A DNA stretch of 64,000 nt from NCBI GenBank assembly GCA_964427285.1, contig CAYRTS010000008.1:7469-71468 (forward strand). Direction: 5' to 3'. Position 1 is the stretch's first letter. Each line of letters begins with the position of its first letter. Below, one piece after another: positions 50,450-58,044 of the stretch. The notes beneath the pieces were generated by a model, which had not been told where the DNA came from, did no database searches, and saw only the letters and a program-made list of their open reading frames with translations. The position numbers and the translations under genes were made by a program. This DNA is from an uncultured Anaerolineaceae bacterium. Its GTDB lineage: Bacteria; Chloroflexota; Limnocylindria; Limnocylindrales; CSP1-4.

Positions 50450-51406
50450 ATGACGTTGCCTGAGCCTGCGCTGACACTTGAGGCCATCCAGCGCGCCCGA
50501 ACCGGGATCTCGCCGGTCTTCCGCGACTCTCCCCAGTACGTGCACGAGCGCCTCTCTGCGCTGGCGGGCATCCCCGTCATCGTCAAGATCGAAACGATGA
50601 ACCCGATCCGCTCGTTCAAGGGACGGGGATCCTGGCTGGCCCTCCACGCCCTGGCGGGGGAGGGGAGGGTCGGGCCCGGGCGGCCAGTCGTCGTGGCCTC
50701 GGCCGGCAACTTCGGGCAGGGGATCGCCTATGCCGCCCGGAGCCTGGGCGTACTCGCCGTGGTCTTCGCGTCTCGCCAGGCCAACCCGGCGAAGGTTGCC
50801 CGGATGCGCGCGCTGGGCGCCACCGTGATCGCGGCGGGGGAGGACTTCGACGAAGCGTGTGCGGCGTCGCAGGCGTACGCGACCGAACACCGCGCGGAAC
50901 TGCTGGTCGACGGCGAGGACGTGCGGATCGCCACCGGCGCCGGGACGATGGCCCTGGAGGTGACGGACGCGGTGGAGGCCGGCGTCCTGCCCGCTCCCAC
51001 GGTCGCGCTCGTGCCGGTCGGCAATGGGTCGCTGATCATCGGCGTTGGCTCGGTGGTGCACGCGGTCGCACCCGGCTGCCGCGTGATCGGGGTCCAGCCC
51101 GAAGGAGCGCCCGCCATGACCCTGAGCTGGCGCGCCGGTCGGCCGATCGATACGGTCTCCGTGTCCACCTATGCCGACGGTGCCGCCGCCCGCGTCGCAA
51201 TCCCGCCGGCTGTGGCCCTCATGGCTTCGGCGGTGGACGACATGGTCCTCGTCAGCGACGACGCGCTCCACGCGGCGCAGGCGATCCTGACCGAGGAGCT
51301 CGGCGTCACCGTTGAGGGTGCCGCAGCGCTGGCCTGGGCCGGTCTCCTGGCGATCCCGCAACCCAAGGGACCCGCGCTCCTGATCATCACCGGGAGCAAC
51401 GACTGA
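50450..51406 (+). CDS. PLP-dependent (fold type II) threonine/serine dehydratase-family enzyme
   Basis: PLP-lysine context NPIRSFKGRG and ASAGNFGQGIAYAA. Start could be ATG 50450 (318 aa) or ATG 50294. Confidence 0.65.
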   Translation: MTLPEPALTLEAIQRARTGISPVFRDSPQYVHERLSALAGIPVIVKIETMNPIRSFKGRGSWLALHALAGEGRVGPGRPVVVASAGNFGQGIAYAARSLGVLAVVFASRQANPAKVARMRALGATVIAAGEDFDEACAASQAYATEHRAELLVDGEDVRIATGAGTMALEVTDAVEAGVLPAPTVALVPVGNGSLIIGVGSVVHAVAPGCRVIGVQPEGAPAMTLSWRAGRPIDTVSVSTYADGAAARVAIPPAVALMASAVDDMVLVSDDALHAAQAILTEELGVTVEGAAALAWAGLLAIPQPKGPALLIITGSND

Positions 51407-51411
51407 CGGCG

Positions 51412-52230
51412 TTGCGACAACCGCGACCCGGGGGGCTCGTTAACGCCGCGCGCCCGGCGGTCCCGCTGGGCCTGTTGATCCTCGCCGCGGGCCTGCCGGT
51501 TACCCGACCGATTGTGCTCATCGCGCTCGTCGTCGGAGCCACCATCGCCATCCGGCGGCAGACACCGGCCCGCTGGTCCTGGGCGGCGCCGATCCCGGTC
51601 GCCATCAACCTCTGTTTCGGGCTGTTGCCGGCGCCACTGGCCGACGCATTTGGCGGCGACTGCACCGACCTCGACTCGCCTCCGGCGGTCTGGCGTGCGG
51701 CCGAGGCCGCGCTTGCCCTGGGCGGCCTCGCGCTGCTCGCCTACCTGCTGCGAGCTCGCCGAGCGGACATCGGGTTGCGCTGGCCGGCTCGCCCCGTCAT
51801 CGGGGTGGCCGCGACCGGAGCGGTGATCCTGGGGCCGATCGGCCTGCTGCTTGGCGCACTTCTGGCACGCCCGTTCTTCGGCACCTTCGAGCTCGATCTC
51901 AGCCGCCCGGCATTCCTCGTGCCGGCGCTCATCTTCGCGGTCGCCAACGGGGCAATGGAGGAGTTGTCGTACCGCGGCGCGCTGCTCGACTGGACCGCGA
52001 GGCTGACCGGGACCCGGCTCGCCGTCGTCGGCCAGGCGATCGTGTTCGGGCTGGCGCACGGCGGAGCCGATGTCGGCGGCTCGCCGATCTTCCTGATGGT
52101 CGCGCTCGGGGCCGGTGGTCTCCTTGCCGGCGTGATCGCCCTGCGGACCGGCTCGCTGCTCCTGCCGATCGCCTGGCACGTGGCCTTGGACTTGCCGCTC
52201 TACGTCTACCTGGCCTGTCGGGCGCCCTGA
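51412..52230 (+). CDS. CPBP-family intramembrane glutamic endopeptidase (CAAX protease/Abi-like)
   Basis: Multi-pass membrane protein with EELSYRG and FGLAHG motifs. Confidence 0.75.
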   Translation: MRQPRPGGLVNAARPAVPLGLLILAAGLPVTRPIVLIALVVGATIAIRRQTPARWSWAAPIPVAINLCFGLLPAPLADAFGGDCTDLDSPPAVWRAAEAALALGGLALLAYLLRARRADIGLRWPARPVIGVAATGAVILGPIGLLLGALLARPFFGTFELDLSRPAFLVPALIFAVANGAMEELSYRGALLDWTARLTGTRLAVVGQAIVFGLAHGGADVGGSPIFLMVALGAGGLLAGVIALRTGSLLLPIAWHVALDLPLYVYLACRAP

Positions 52231-52277
52231 TGGGCAGCTCGACGCCACAGCAATCGCGACCATGGTGCAGCATGGCG

Positions 52278-52283
52278 TAGTAT
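52278..52283 (+). promoter_or_regulatory. -10-like TAGTAT box exactly 10 nt upstream of the HTH-MNT ATG
   Basis: The block GTAGTATGCgACgACgATG recurs at 54010-54028 as GTAGTATGCaACaACcATG. Confidence 0.35.
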
Positions 52284-52292
52284 GCGACGACG

Positions 52293-52841
52293 ATGGTATC
52301 AGTAGCTGAAGCCGCTCAACGGGCCGGTCGCGACCCAGAGACGATCCGACGCTGGATCCGGGCAGGGAAGGTGAGCGCCTGGAAGGTCGGCGGCCAGCAC
52401 ATGATCGACGAGGAGGACCTCGCTACCGCCATCCGTGGCGTTGGGTCTATCCAGCCAGGCGAAGTCCGAATGGCGCGAGAGGCCGGCGCCCCGTACTTCG
52501 CCGCGCAGGATCATCGGCCAGCAACCGCGATCGATCCGTGGTTGACAACGATCGTTGGACGCATCGTGCGCGCCATGGACCCGACTCGAATCATCCTGTT
52601 CGGGGCACGTGCTCGTGGCGAGGCCCGCGCCGACAGCGACTACGAGTTGCTGGTCATCCTGCCGGAGGTGCCGGATCGGATGGCGGCCAGGGTGGCCGTT
52701 CGGCGTTCGTTCGAGGATGTCCCGGTGCCGGCCGACATCCACGTAGCCTCGGTGGACGAGATCGACGGACAGCCATCGGGCGCGCTCTACTGGGCCCTCA
52801 AGGAAGGTTGCAGCGTGTATGCGCGTGCCGCGGCCCGCTGA
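52293..52841 (+). CDS. Fusion protein: excisionase/MerR-like HTH plus minimal nucleotidyltransferase (MNT) domain; predicted antitoxin
   Basis: N-terminus VSVAEAAQRAGRDPETIRRWIRAGKVSAWKVGGQHMIDEEDL (HTH). C-terminus ILFGARARGEARADSDYELLVIL (G-x-x-x-G...D-x-[DE] MNT motif). Confidence 0.65.
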   Translation: MVSVAEAAQRAGRDPETIRRWIRAGKVSAWKVGGQHMIDEEDLATAIRGVGSIQPGEVRMAREAGAPYFAAQDHRPATAIDPWLTTIVGRIVRAMDPTRIILFGARARGEARADSDYELLVILPEVPDRMAARVAVRRSFEDVPVPADIHVASVDEIDGQPSGALYWALKEGCSVYARAAAR

Positions 52842-53241
52842 CGCCGCAGACTGGTGGCTTCGGACCGCAGTGGGGGACCTCACCGCGGCACGATCGCTCC
52901 TCAGCACGCCGTCCGCGCCGGCTCGGGGCGCCGCACAGTTCGCCCACCAGGCCGCCGAAAGGGCGCTCAAGGCGGCGATCGCTGCGACCGGTGAGGAACC
53001 GGTCCGGACCCACGACCTCGTCTTCCTGACCCTGCGCTGTGACAGCGCCTTGCAGCGGACCCTGGCCCGCATCGACATCCCGGTTCTGTCGGCCGTGCTG
53101 TCCAGATCACGCTACCCGGAGATGGACGATCCGGTCATCAGCCGCGACCAGGCCACAGCCTGGCTTGCCGACGCCCAGGAGATCGTTGCGGCCGCCGGAC
53201 AGCATCTCAACATCGACATCGAGTCGTTGGCGGCCGCGTGA
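52819..53241 (+). CDS. HEPN-domain protein; predicted toxin partner of the MNT
   Basis: 140 aa, helical. RTHDLVFL and SRSRYPE motifs are typical of MNT-associated HEPN proteins. Overlaps the MNT gene by 23 nt. Confidence 0.65.
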   Translation: MRVPRPADAADWWLRTAVGDLTAARSLLSTPSAPARGAAQFAHQAAERALKAAIAATGEEPVRTHDLVFLTLRCDSALQRTLARIDIPVLSAVLSRSRYPEMDDPVISRDQATAWLADAQEIVAAAGQHLNIDIESLAAA

Positions 53242-53258
53242 GGTTCGGCAGGGACGGG

Positions 53259-53283
53259 CCATGTGTTACCTTGTGACACATGG
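53259..53283. promoter_or_regulatory. Operator-like inverted repeat CCATGTGTtAC-ctt-GTgACACATGG overlapping the Phd-family start codon
   Basis: 11-bp arms with one mismatch. The ATG (53280) lies in the right arm. Confidence 0.5.
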
Positions 53284-53561
53284 ATCAGGTCGGCATGCGT
53301 GAACTTCGCCATCGACTCCGCCACTACCTCGGGCGCGTCGACGCAGGGGAAGGCTTCGAGATCACGCTGTTTGGACGGCCCGTCGCCCAGCTGACACCTC
53401 CGAACCCCCAGTTGTCGATCATGAGCCGACTCATCGCTGAAGGGCGGGTGTCACCACCGGCGAACCCGGACACTTCGACGCTTCCCGCCACCAGATCCGC
53501 CAGCAGCGGGATCACGGCGACCGAGGCGTTGCTCGCAGAGCGCCGGGGCGACGAGCGCTGA
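53280..53561 (+). CDS. Phd/YefM-family antitoxin
   Basis: MRELRHRLRHYLGRVDAGEGFEITLFGRPVAQLTP is the typical N-terminal fold signature. Lies directly upstream of a PIN gene. Confidence 0.75.
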   Translation: MDQVGMRELRHRLRHYLGRVDAGEGFEITLFGRPVAQLTPPNPQLSIMSRLIAEGRVSPPANPDTSTLPATRSASSGITATEALLAERRGDER

Positions 53562-53947
53562 GCAGCCTCTATCTGGACGCCTCAGCGCTGACCAAACTGG
53601 TCATCGACGAGCGCGAGACGGCCACCCTCCAGGATGTCGTGCGTGGCCGAAGCCTCGTTTCGAGCCGGGTCGCCGTCGTCGAGGTGACCAAGGCCGTAGG
53701 GCGCGCCAACCCCGTCGCCGACGCCCATCCGCTCTTCGCCTTGCTGTCGTTCGTGGAGTTGGACGTGGACCTCGCCAGCATCGCCGGCGCCATTGGCGGA
53801 CCCGGCCTGCGTTCGCTCGACGCGATCCACGTTGCGTCCGCCGTTCGCCTGGGGAGCGAGGTCGAGACGTTCATCTCTTACGATATACGCCAGTCCGAGG
53901 CGGCTCGTGCGGCCGGACTTCGCGTTGTCGCGCCAGGATCCGACTGA
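53558..53947 (+). CDS. vapC: PIN-domain toxin (VapC family); start apparently CTG overlapping the antitoxin stop
   Basis: The conserved N-terminus LYLDASALTKLVIDE lies upstream of the first canonical start (GTG 53639). The open frame reaches a CTG at 53558 within gcgCTGAgc. C-terminal LDAIHVASA..SYD acidic residues are present. Confidence 0.7.
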   Translation: MSSLYLDASALTKLVIDERETATLQDVVRGRSLVSSRVAVVEVTKAVGRANPVADAHPLFALLSFVELDVDLASIAGAIGGPGLRSLDAIHVASAVRLGSEVETFISYDIRQSEAARAAGLRVVAPGSD

Positions 53948-54010
53948 TCCCGCGGCCTGACGGTCCATTGACTTGTGCAGACCGCCGCCTGACATCCTAG
54001 GAGCGTGTTG

Positions 54011-54016
54011 TAGTAT
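54011..54016 (+). promoter_or_regulatory. -10-like TAGTAT box 10 nt upstream of the HTH antitoxin ATG; -35-like CTGACA 16 nt upstream
   Basis: CTGACA at 53989-53994, TAGTAT at 54011-54016, ATG at 54026. Confidence 0.4.
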
Positions 54017-54025
54017 GCAACAACC

Positions 54026-54277
54026 ATGTTGACCGTTCCTGAAGCCGCCCGCCGAACTGGGAAGCACCCAGAGACCATCCGTCGCTGGATCCGCGAGGGC
54101 AAGCTGCGCTCCCACAAGGTCGGAACCCAGCATGTCCTCGAGGAGGAAGACCTGGCAGACGCGATGGGTAGCGCATCGTCAAGTGTGCCCATGCCCGACC
54201 ATTGGAAGCACGCCTTCTGGGGCGGCCCGATGCCGGACTGGGCGGCGATCGTCCGCCAGCAGCGCGACGAGCATTGA
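54026..54277 (+). CDS. Excisionase/MerR-like HTH antitoxin (VapB-type role)
   Basis: LTVPEAARRTGKHPETIRRWIREGKLRSHKVGTQHVLEEEDL. 29 of the first 47 residues are identical to the N-terminal domain of the HTH-MNT protein at 52293. Confidence 0.65.
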   Translation: MLTVPEAARRTGKHPETIRRWIREGKLRSHKVGTQHVLEEEDLADAMGSASSSVPMPDHWKHAFWGGPMPDWAAIVRQQRDEH

Positions 54278-54690
54278 CGTCAACGCCGCTCGTCATCGAT
54301 GCGAGCGCGGCCCTGCACCTTGCTCTGGCTGAGGACGCGACGCCTGGTCTATCTCGTTACCACCTGATCGCGCCCACGGTCTTCCTCTCCGAACGAACGT
54401 CTTCACTTGCTTCGGCGGCGTACCGCGCGAGCATGCCGGACACGGCAGTCGCGGACGCGTTCGATCGGCTCGAAGCGATGCCGGTTGAGATCGTGCACAC
54501 AGACCGCAGCCATCGCCGGGCGGCACTGGTGCTTGCGCGGTCCCTTGGCTGGGCGAAGACCTACGACGCCGAATACGTCGTTCTGGCGCAGCGTCTCCGC
54601 TGCGCGATCCTGACGACGGACGACCGACTGACACGCGGTGCTCGGCACCTGGTCGAGATGTGCGACCCGCGCACGCTCGAGAACGAGTAA
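54274..54690 (+). CDS. vapC: PIN-domain toxin (VapC family)
   Basis: A TTG at 54274 overlaps the antitoxin stop (tTGA). Motifs VIDASAAL, ..SE.., YDAEYV and TTDDRL supply the PIN acidic residues. Confidence 0.75.
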   Translation: MTSTPLVIDASAALHLALAEDATPGLSRYHLIAPTVFLSERTSSLASAAYRASMPDTAVADAFDRLEAMPVEIVHTDRSHRRAALVLARSLGWAKTYDAEYVVLAQRLRCAILTTDDRLTRGARHLVEMCDPRTLENE

Positions 54691-54785
54691 GGCGCAGGCA
54701 GCCCCGCTCCACTCCTTCCGATAATGTAAGTTATGTCTGCACAGCGAAGCCAAACGGGGCCGGGCGGTGTCTCCCGTACCCTCGA

Positions 54786-55130
54786 TTATTCGGTGCTCTT
54801 CGGATGCCCGACGCTCGCCAGCATGAGGATCACGGTGCGACGATCGTCGTCGATCGCGTACCAGATGCGGCCGGCGCCGGTGACCTCGAGCTGCCACTGC
54901 GCAAGAATCCGGCCACCGAGCGATCTCGTCCCAAGATCGCCCTTCAGTGGATGTTGACGGTCGCTCCGGGCTCGCGGCTCCGAACGCAGGGCAAGCCACA
55001 CGATGCGGGTCGCTGCCGGGGCCTGGCTCGAGAGCCGATCCCAACCAGTAACCGCAGCCGCATCACCGAATCGAACATCCCATTCCATCGGGCCAGGTGG
55101 CGGAGCGACCCGGTCGCCGCGCTTGGGCAC
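54786..55130 (-). CDS. RelE/ParE-superfamily-like toxin (tentative)
   Basis: 114 aa. The C-terminus QWQLEVTGAGRIWYAIDDDRRTVILMLASVGHPKSTE resembles the RelE/ParE fold ending. Lies 3 nt downstream of an antitoxin-like gene. Confidence 0.45.
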   Translation of the reverse strand: MPKRGDRVAPPPGPMEWDVRFGDAAAVTGWDRLSSQAPAATRIVWLALRSEPRARSDRQHPLKGDLGTRSLGGRILAQWQLEVTGAGRIWYAIDDDRRTVILMLASVGHPKSTE

Positions 55131-55133
55131 CGG

Positions 55134-55598
55134 TCAGGGGTCGCGCGGTTCGGTAACGCGCGCGCCGATGTCGGCGATCGGGCGCTTCAATTCGATCGCC
55201 AGGGTCGGGTCAGCGTGGATGGCGGCGGTGGCCTTCCATTCGATGAGGATCTGCGCCAGGGCGGCCATCGATCCGAGCTCCGCGGCACCCTCCGCGGTAC
55301 GGACGAATTCCTCGACGAAGATCGAACGTTCACTGGCGGGCAGGAGCGTCACCCACGGGATGTCGGCCGCTGCTTCGGCGAGGCGCTCGCGGAGGTCATC
55401 GTCGGCAAGGACGCGGCCAAGCAGCCGAGCCAGGAATTCGACGGCTTCGTCATCTGACTGGACCCGTGACCGCAGGCTCAGGTGCAGATCCGCCGCGTTG
55501 CGTCGATGCAGGACGACATCACGCCGTTCCAGCTGGGCGACGATGCCATTCGGATCGCGCAAGAAGTCGGTCAGTGTCGCCTCACCCGCGGATGTCAT
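55134..55598 (-). CDS. Phd/YefM-like antitoxin with extended C-terminal domain (tentative)
   Basis: The N-terminus TLTDFLRDPNGIVAQLERRDVVLHRRNAADLHLS is Phd/YefM-like. An additional ~90 acidic/helical residues follow. Confidence 0.5.
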   Translation of the reverse strand: MTSAGEATLTDFLRDPNGIVAQLERRDVVLHRRNAADLHLSLRSRVQSDDEAVEFLARLLGRVLADDDLRERLAEAAADIPWVTLLPASERSIFVEEFVRTAEGAAELGSMAALAQILIEWKATAAIHADPTLAIELKRPIADIGARVTEPRDP

Positions 55599-55607
55599 TG
55601 GCCGACG

Positions 55608-55632
55608 ATATCAGATATATATCAGGTGTCAA
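55608..55632 (-). promoter_or_regulatory. AT-rich promoter/operator: TTGACA followed by two CTGATAT direct repeats at 11-bp spacing, upstream of the antitoxin at 55598
   Basis: Minus strand reads TTGACAcCTGATATatatCTGATATcgtcggccaATG. Confidence 0.45.
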
Positions 55633-55767
55633 GGCCTCCATGACTTTCTCGTTGACGCGGCCCGGTCTCAGCGCCGTAAGTCCCTGTTCGGTCGTGCGGG
55701 ACCTCCTCGAGGCCTATGTGCGCGGCACCTGACGGGCGTCAGCCATAGCGCCCCGGGGTGACTGTCT

Positions 55768-56148
55768 TCAGAATCGCCAGACGGCGACGCGCTTGCCGGC
55801 GGGATCAGCATCAAGTCGTTGACGGATATCGTCGGGGTCGCTCGTGATGAGGATGGCCGGCACCCGTCGGAGTGCTTCGACGGCCACCAGTGCATCCACC
55901 ACGTCAGGGAGTGTGGTGGACCTGATCAGGCTGGCCGCATGAATCGCTCGATCGATGTCAACCGTTACCAACTCGTGGGCAGTCCGCAGAATGGCCCGGA
56001 CATGGTCCGCCGTGACGCCGCCGGCCATCGACTGGGTCACCACGATGATGGGCACGACGAGTGCGGAATCCGCTCGGTTAACGCGGCCTCGGCATCTGCG
56101 CCACCACGGTGTGGACCTCGTCTGGGACCGGTCCGTCCTCCTCGTCAT
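55768..56148 (-). CDS. Short PIN-like toxin candidate
   Basis: C-terminal half DVVDALVAVEALRRVPAILITSDPDDI matches the PIN C-terminal pattern (D..A.A...g..LlTsD.dD). The N-terminus is poorly defined. Overlaps the upstream RHH gene by 71 nt if the ATG at 56148 is used. Confidence 0.4.
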   Translation of the reverse strand: MTRRTDRSQTRSTPWWRRCRGRVNRADSALVVPIIVVTQSMAGGVTADHVRAILRTAHELVTVDIDRAIHAASLIRSTTLPDVVDALVAVEALRRVPAILITSDPDDIRQRLDADPAGKRVAVWRF

Positions 56149-56392
56149 ATCGAAGCAGCAGGTCCGTCAGCCTCAGGCGCGCCAGGGCGTCCCACGCCGC
56201 GCTGTTGAGGAAACGGCTCTTGCCGCCACGCCCGAACCGCTTCGTCAGTTCCTGGTCGAGGTCCGCGTCAAGGCTCACCGATCGCTTGACGATGGCGACC
56301 GCATTGCGCCGCGGCGGTCGTCCTTCGTTGGGCGTCGCAACGGTCGCGCGACTCGCAGTGCGAGGTGAAGCAGAGGTCGACGGCGACGTCAT
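56078..56392 (-). CDS. Ribbon-helix-helix (CopG-like) antitoxin candidate
   Basis: KRSVSLDADLDQELTKRFG is an RHH beta-strand/helix signature. The ATG at 56392 is preferred over 56452. Confidence 0.5.
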   Translation of the reverse strand: MTSPSTSASPRTASRATVATPNEGRPPRRNAVAIVKRSVSLDADLDQELTKRFGRGGKSRFLNSAAWDALARLRLTDLLLRYDEEDGPVPDEVHTVVAQMPRPR

Positions 56393-56513
56393 GGGCGACC
56401 CCTCGTATCGTCGGTGCAACTCTCGTCCGACGCTACCGACCGTACTACCCAAATGTCAATAGCGCCGACGGTGGCCGGCGCTCCCGGTGCGCAGCCGGGA
56501 ACAGCAGGGCGAG

Positions 56514-56960
56514 TCAATGCCGACGATCGGCCGGACCGGGATGGGCCCGGATCGACTGCCACACCTCGGCCGCCCAGGTGAGATCTTCAGCGGTCACGGT
56601 CACGATCAGAACGCGCCCATCGCGCACGATGATGCCGGTGATCGCCCGGGGGGCGCGGGCAGGCTGTGGGGCGGTGACGACGACCGCCCAACCGTCGAAG
56701 CCAGGTGGGAGCGCAGCGCCGTCACCCAGTTCGGCGGGGAATTGCTCGAGGATCAGGCGCGCACTGACCGGCCGCCCGTGGTCAGTAACGAGCACGCTCG
56801 TCATTGATATCGAGCGCCGGTCGTCCCAGGCGTGCCAGTACCCATCCTCTGGACCAAAGGTCTCTGCGAACCCAGCCGGGATGGTGATCGACCAATACGG
56901 GAAGACGTGACGCATGACGGTCGGCTCGATGCGCGTAGCAGCGTTGCTCATGTGCGCCAC
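56514..56960 (-). CDS. Hypothetical protein (148 aa), no recognised domain
   Basis: Coding-like composition, no motif recognised. An orphan inside the toxin-antitoxin (TA) island. Confidence 0.4.
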   Translation of the reverse strand: MAHMSNAATRIEPTVMRHVFPYWSITIPAGFAETFGPEDGYWHAWDDRRSISMTSVLVTDHGRPVSARLILEQFPAELGDGAALPPGFDGWAVVVTAPQPARAPRAITGIIVRDGRVLIVTVTAEDLTWAAEVWQSIRAHPGPADRRH

Positions 56961-57141
56961 GGTACGTCCGCGCGCTTATCTGCCAGTTACTGCGTCCTGA
57001 ACTCGATCTGCTACGGACCCGGCAGCACCGTGATGCCAGGTCGGGCCAGGTCGCGGTCGAGCGCGATCGCGGCGGTGGCGCCGGACCCGACCTGGTAGGA
57101 CACTCATGTCATCTCGGGCGACGTCGAGCGGAACGCGCGCG

Positions 57142-57492
57142 TCAGGCGTAGCCAGCCTCGATACGGGCAGCCAGCGCGAAGGGCATGAAGTAGCGGTCGA
57201 GGGACTCGGCGGACTCGCCGTATGTGTTTTCGCCGGCGATGAAGTCGATGAAGAGTTCGCGGACCAGGCAGATCTCTCGCCGACGTGGGCCACGCCAGCG
57301 GTCGTCGACGATGGTCAGCTCGAACAACTCGAGGGCTCGGTTGAACGCCCCGTCGCCGCGTTCATCGTCGCCGGACTCCTTTGCGCGCGCGGCACGGGCG
57401 ACCTCGGTGCCGAGGTTGCCCATCTGCTCCAGCACGCTCATCCGCTCCCAGCTCCCGTCCTGAAGTCCCTGGTGCATCCATCGGACGGTCAC
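57142..57492 (-). CDS. Small all-helical protein of unknown function, partner of the DUF5674-like gene
   Basis: GTGA overlap with the upstream stop, or an internal ATG at 57441 (MSVLEQMGNLGTEV...). I recall similar unnamed small proteins beginning MS..EQ..N.GSEV..A and containing RALEL.DLT, but have no family name for them. Confidence 0.45.
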   Translation of the reverse strand: MTVRWMHQGLQDGSWERMSVLEQMGNLGTEVARAARAKESGDDERGDGAFNRALELFELTIVDDRWRGPRRREICLVRELFIDFIAGENTYGESAESLDRYFMPFALAARIEAGYA

Positions 57493-57830
57493 GGTGTCAC
57501 CAGTTTGGCGAGGATCGAGGCGATGTCGTCTCTAGATCGAGGGTCGTCGACCGAGCGCGAGCGATTGCCGTGTCGTGGGCGCAGGTTGATCACGGAGTCG
57601 AACTCCAGCCAGTCCGGCCCGTCGTACCGGGCAGGATACAAACTGATTCCGCAGACATCCGCCTGCTGAGACCCGTCGTCAAGCAGCGCGGCCTCCAACT
57701 CCGCATGGAAGCGGGCACCTGCCGCGATGATCCCGCGACGCACGTCGACGACGGCCTTGACGAGCTCCCCATCCATGCGCGGGGTACGTCTGGCCAGGTC
57801 CGCGACCGAGATGTGCTCACGGATGATCAT
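57489..57830 (-). CDS. DUF5674-like protein
   Basis: MIIREHIS..LVKAVVDVRRGIIAAGARFHAELEAALLDDGSQQADVCGISLYP..WLEFDSVINLRPRHGNRSRSVDD matches my recollection of the DUF5674 pattern. The ATG at 57830 is preceded by the SD GGGAGGA. Confidence 0.5.
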   Translation of the reverse strand: MIIREHISVADLARRTPRMDGELVKAVVDVRRGIIAAGARFHAELEAALLDDGSQQADVCGISLYPARYDGPDWLEFDSVINLRPRHGNRSRSVDDPRSRDDIASILAKLVTP

Positions 57831-57882
57831 GATGTCCTCCCGTGGATCGAAATCGGCGGGAGTCGATGATCCCATTCGTCCC

Positions 57883-58044
57883 TTACCTGGCGATCAACGT
57901 GGGATCGGCGTCATGGGGGGTCGGCTCGCCGAGCATCCGGCACAGGTCCATGAAGTGGGACCGGGACGACGCCTTCTCCGTGGTCGTTACGCCGCGCCAT
58001 TTGGCGGCGAAGGCGGCAGGTGTCAGGGTCGGCTGGGTCGTCAC
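57883..58044 (-). pseudogene. Fragment A': first ~49 codons of an MmeI/PglX-type DNA methyltransferase gene, truncated
   Basis: VTTQPTLTPAAFAAKWRGVTTTEKASSRSHFMDLCRMLGEPTPHDADPT, then LIAR-stop. By manual alignment, 124 of 147 nt are identical to codons 1-49 of the 58641-59045 ORF. The similarity includes the SD region. Confidence 0.6.

Noticed and set aside
52838-52841. A third CTGA junction (MNT stop) as another CTG-coupled start, this time for the HEPN gene.
   Set aside because: The CTG is not in the HEPN reading frame. The HEPN ORF has a normal in-frame ATG at 52819.
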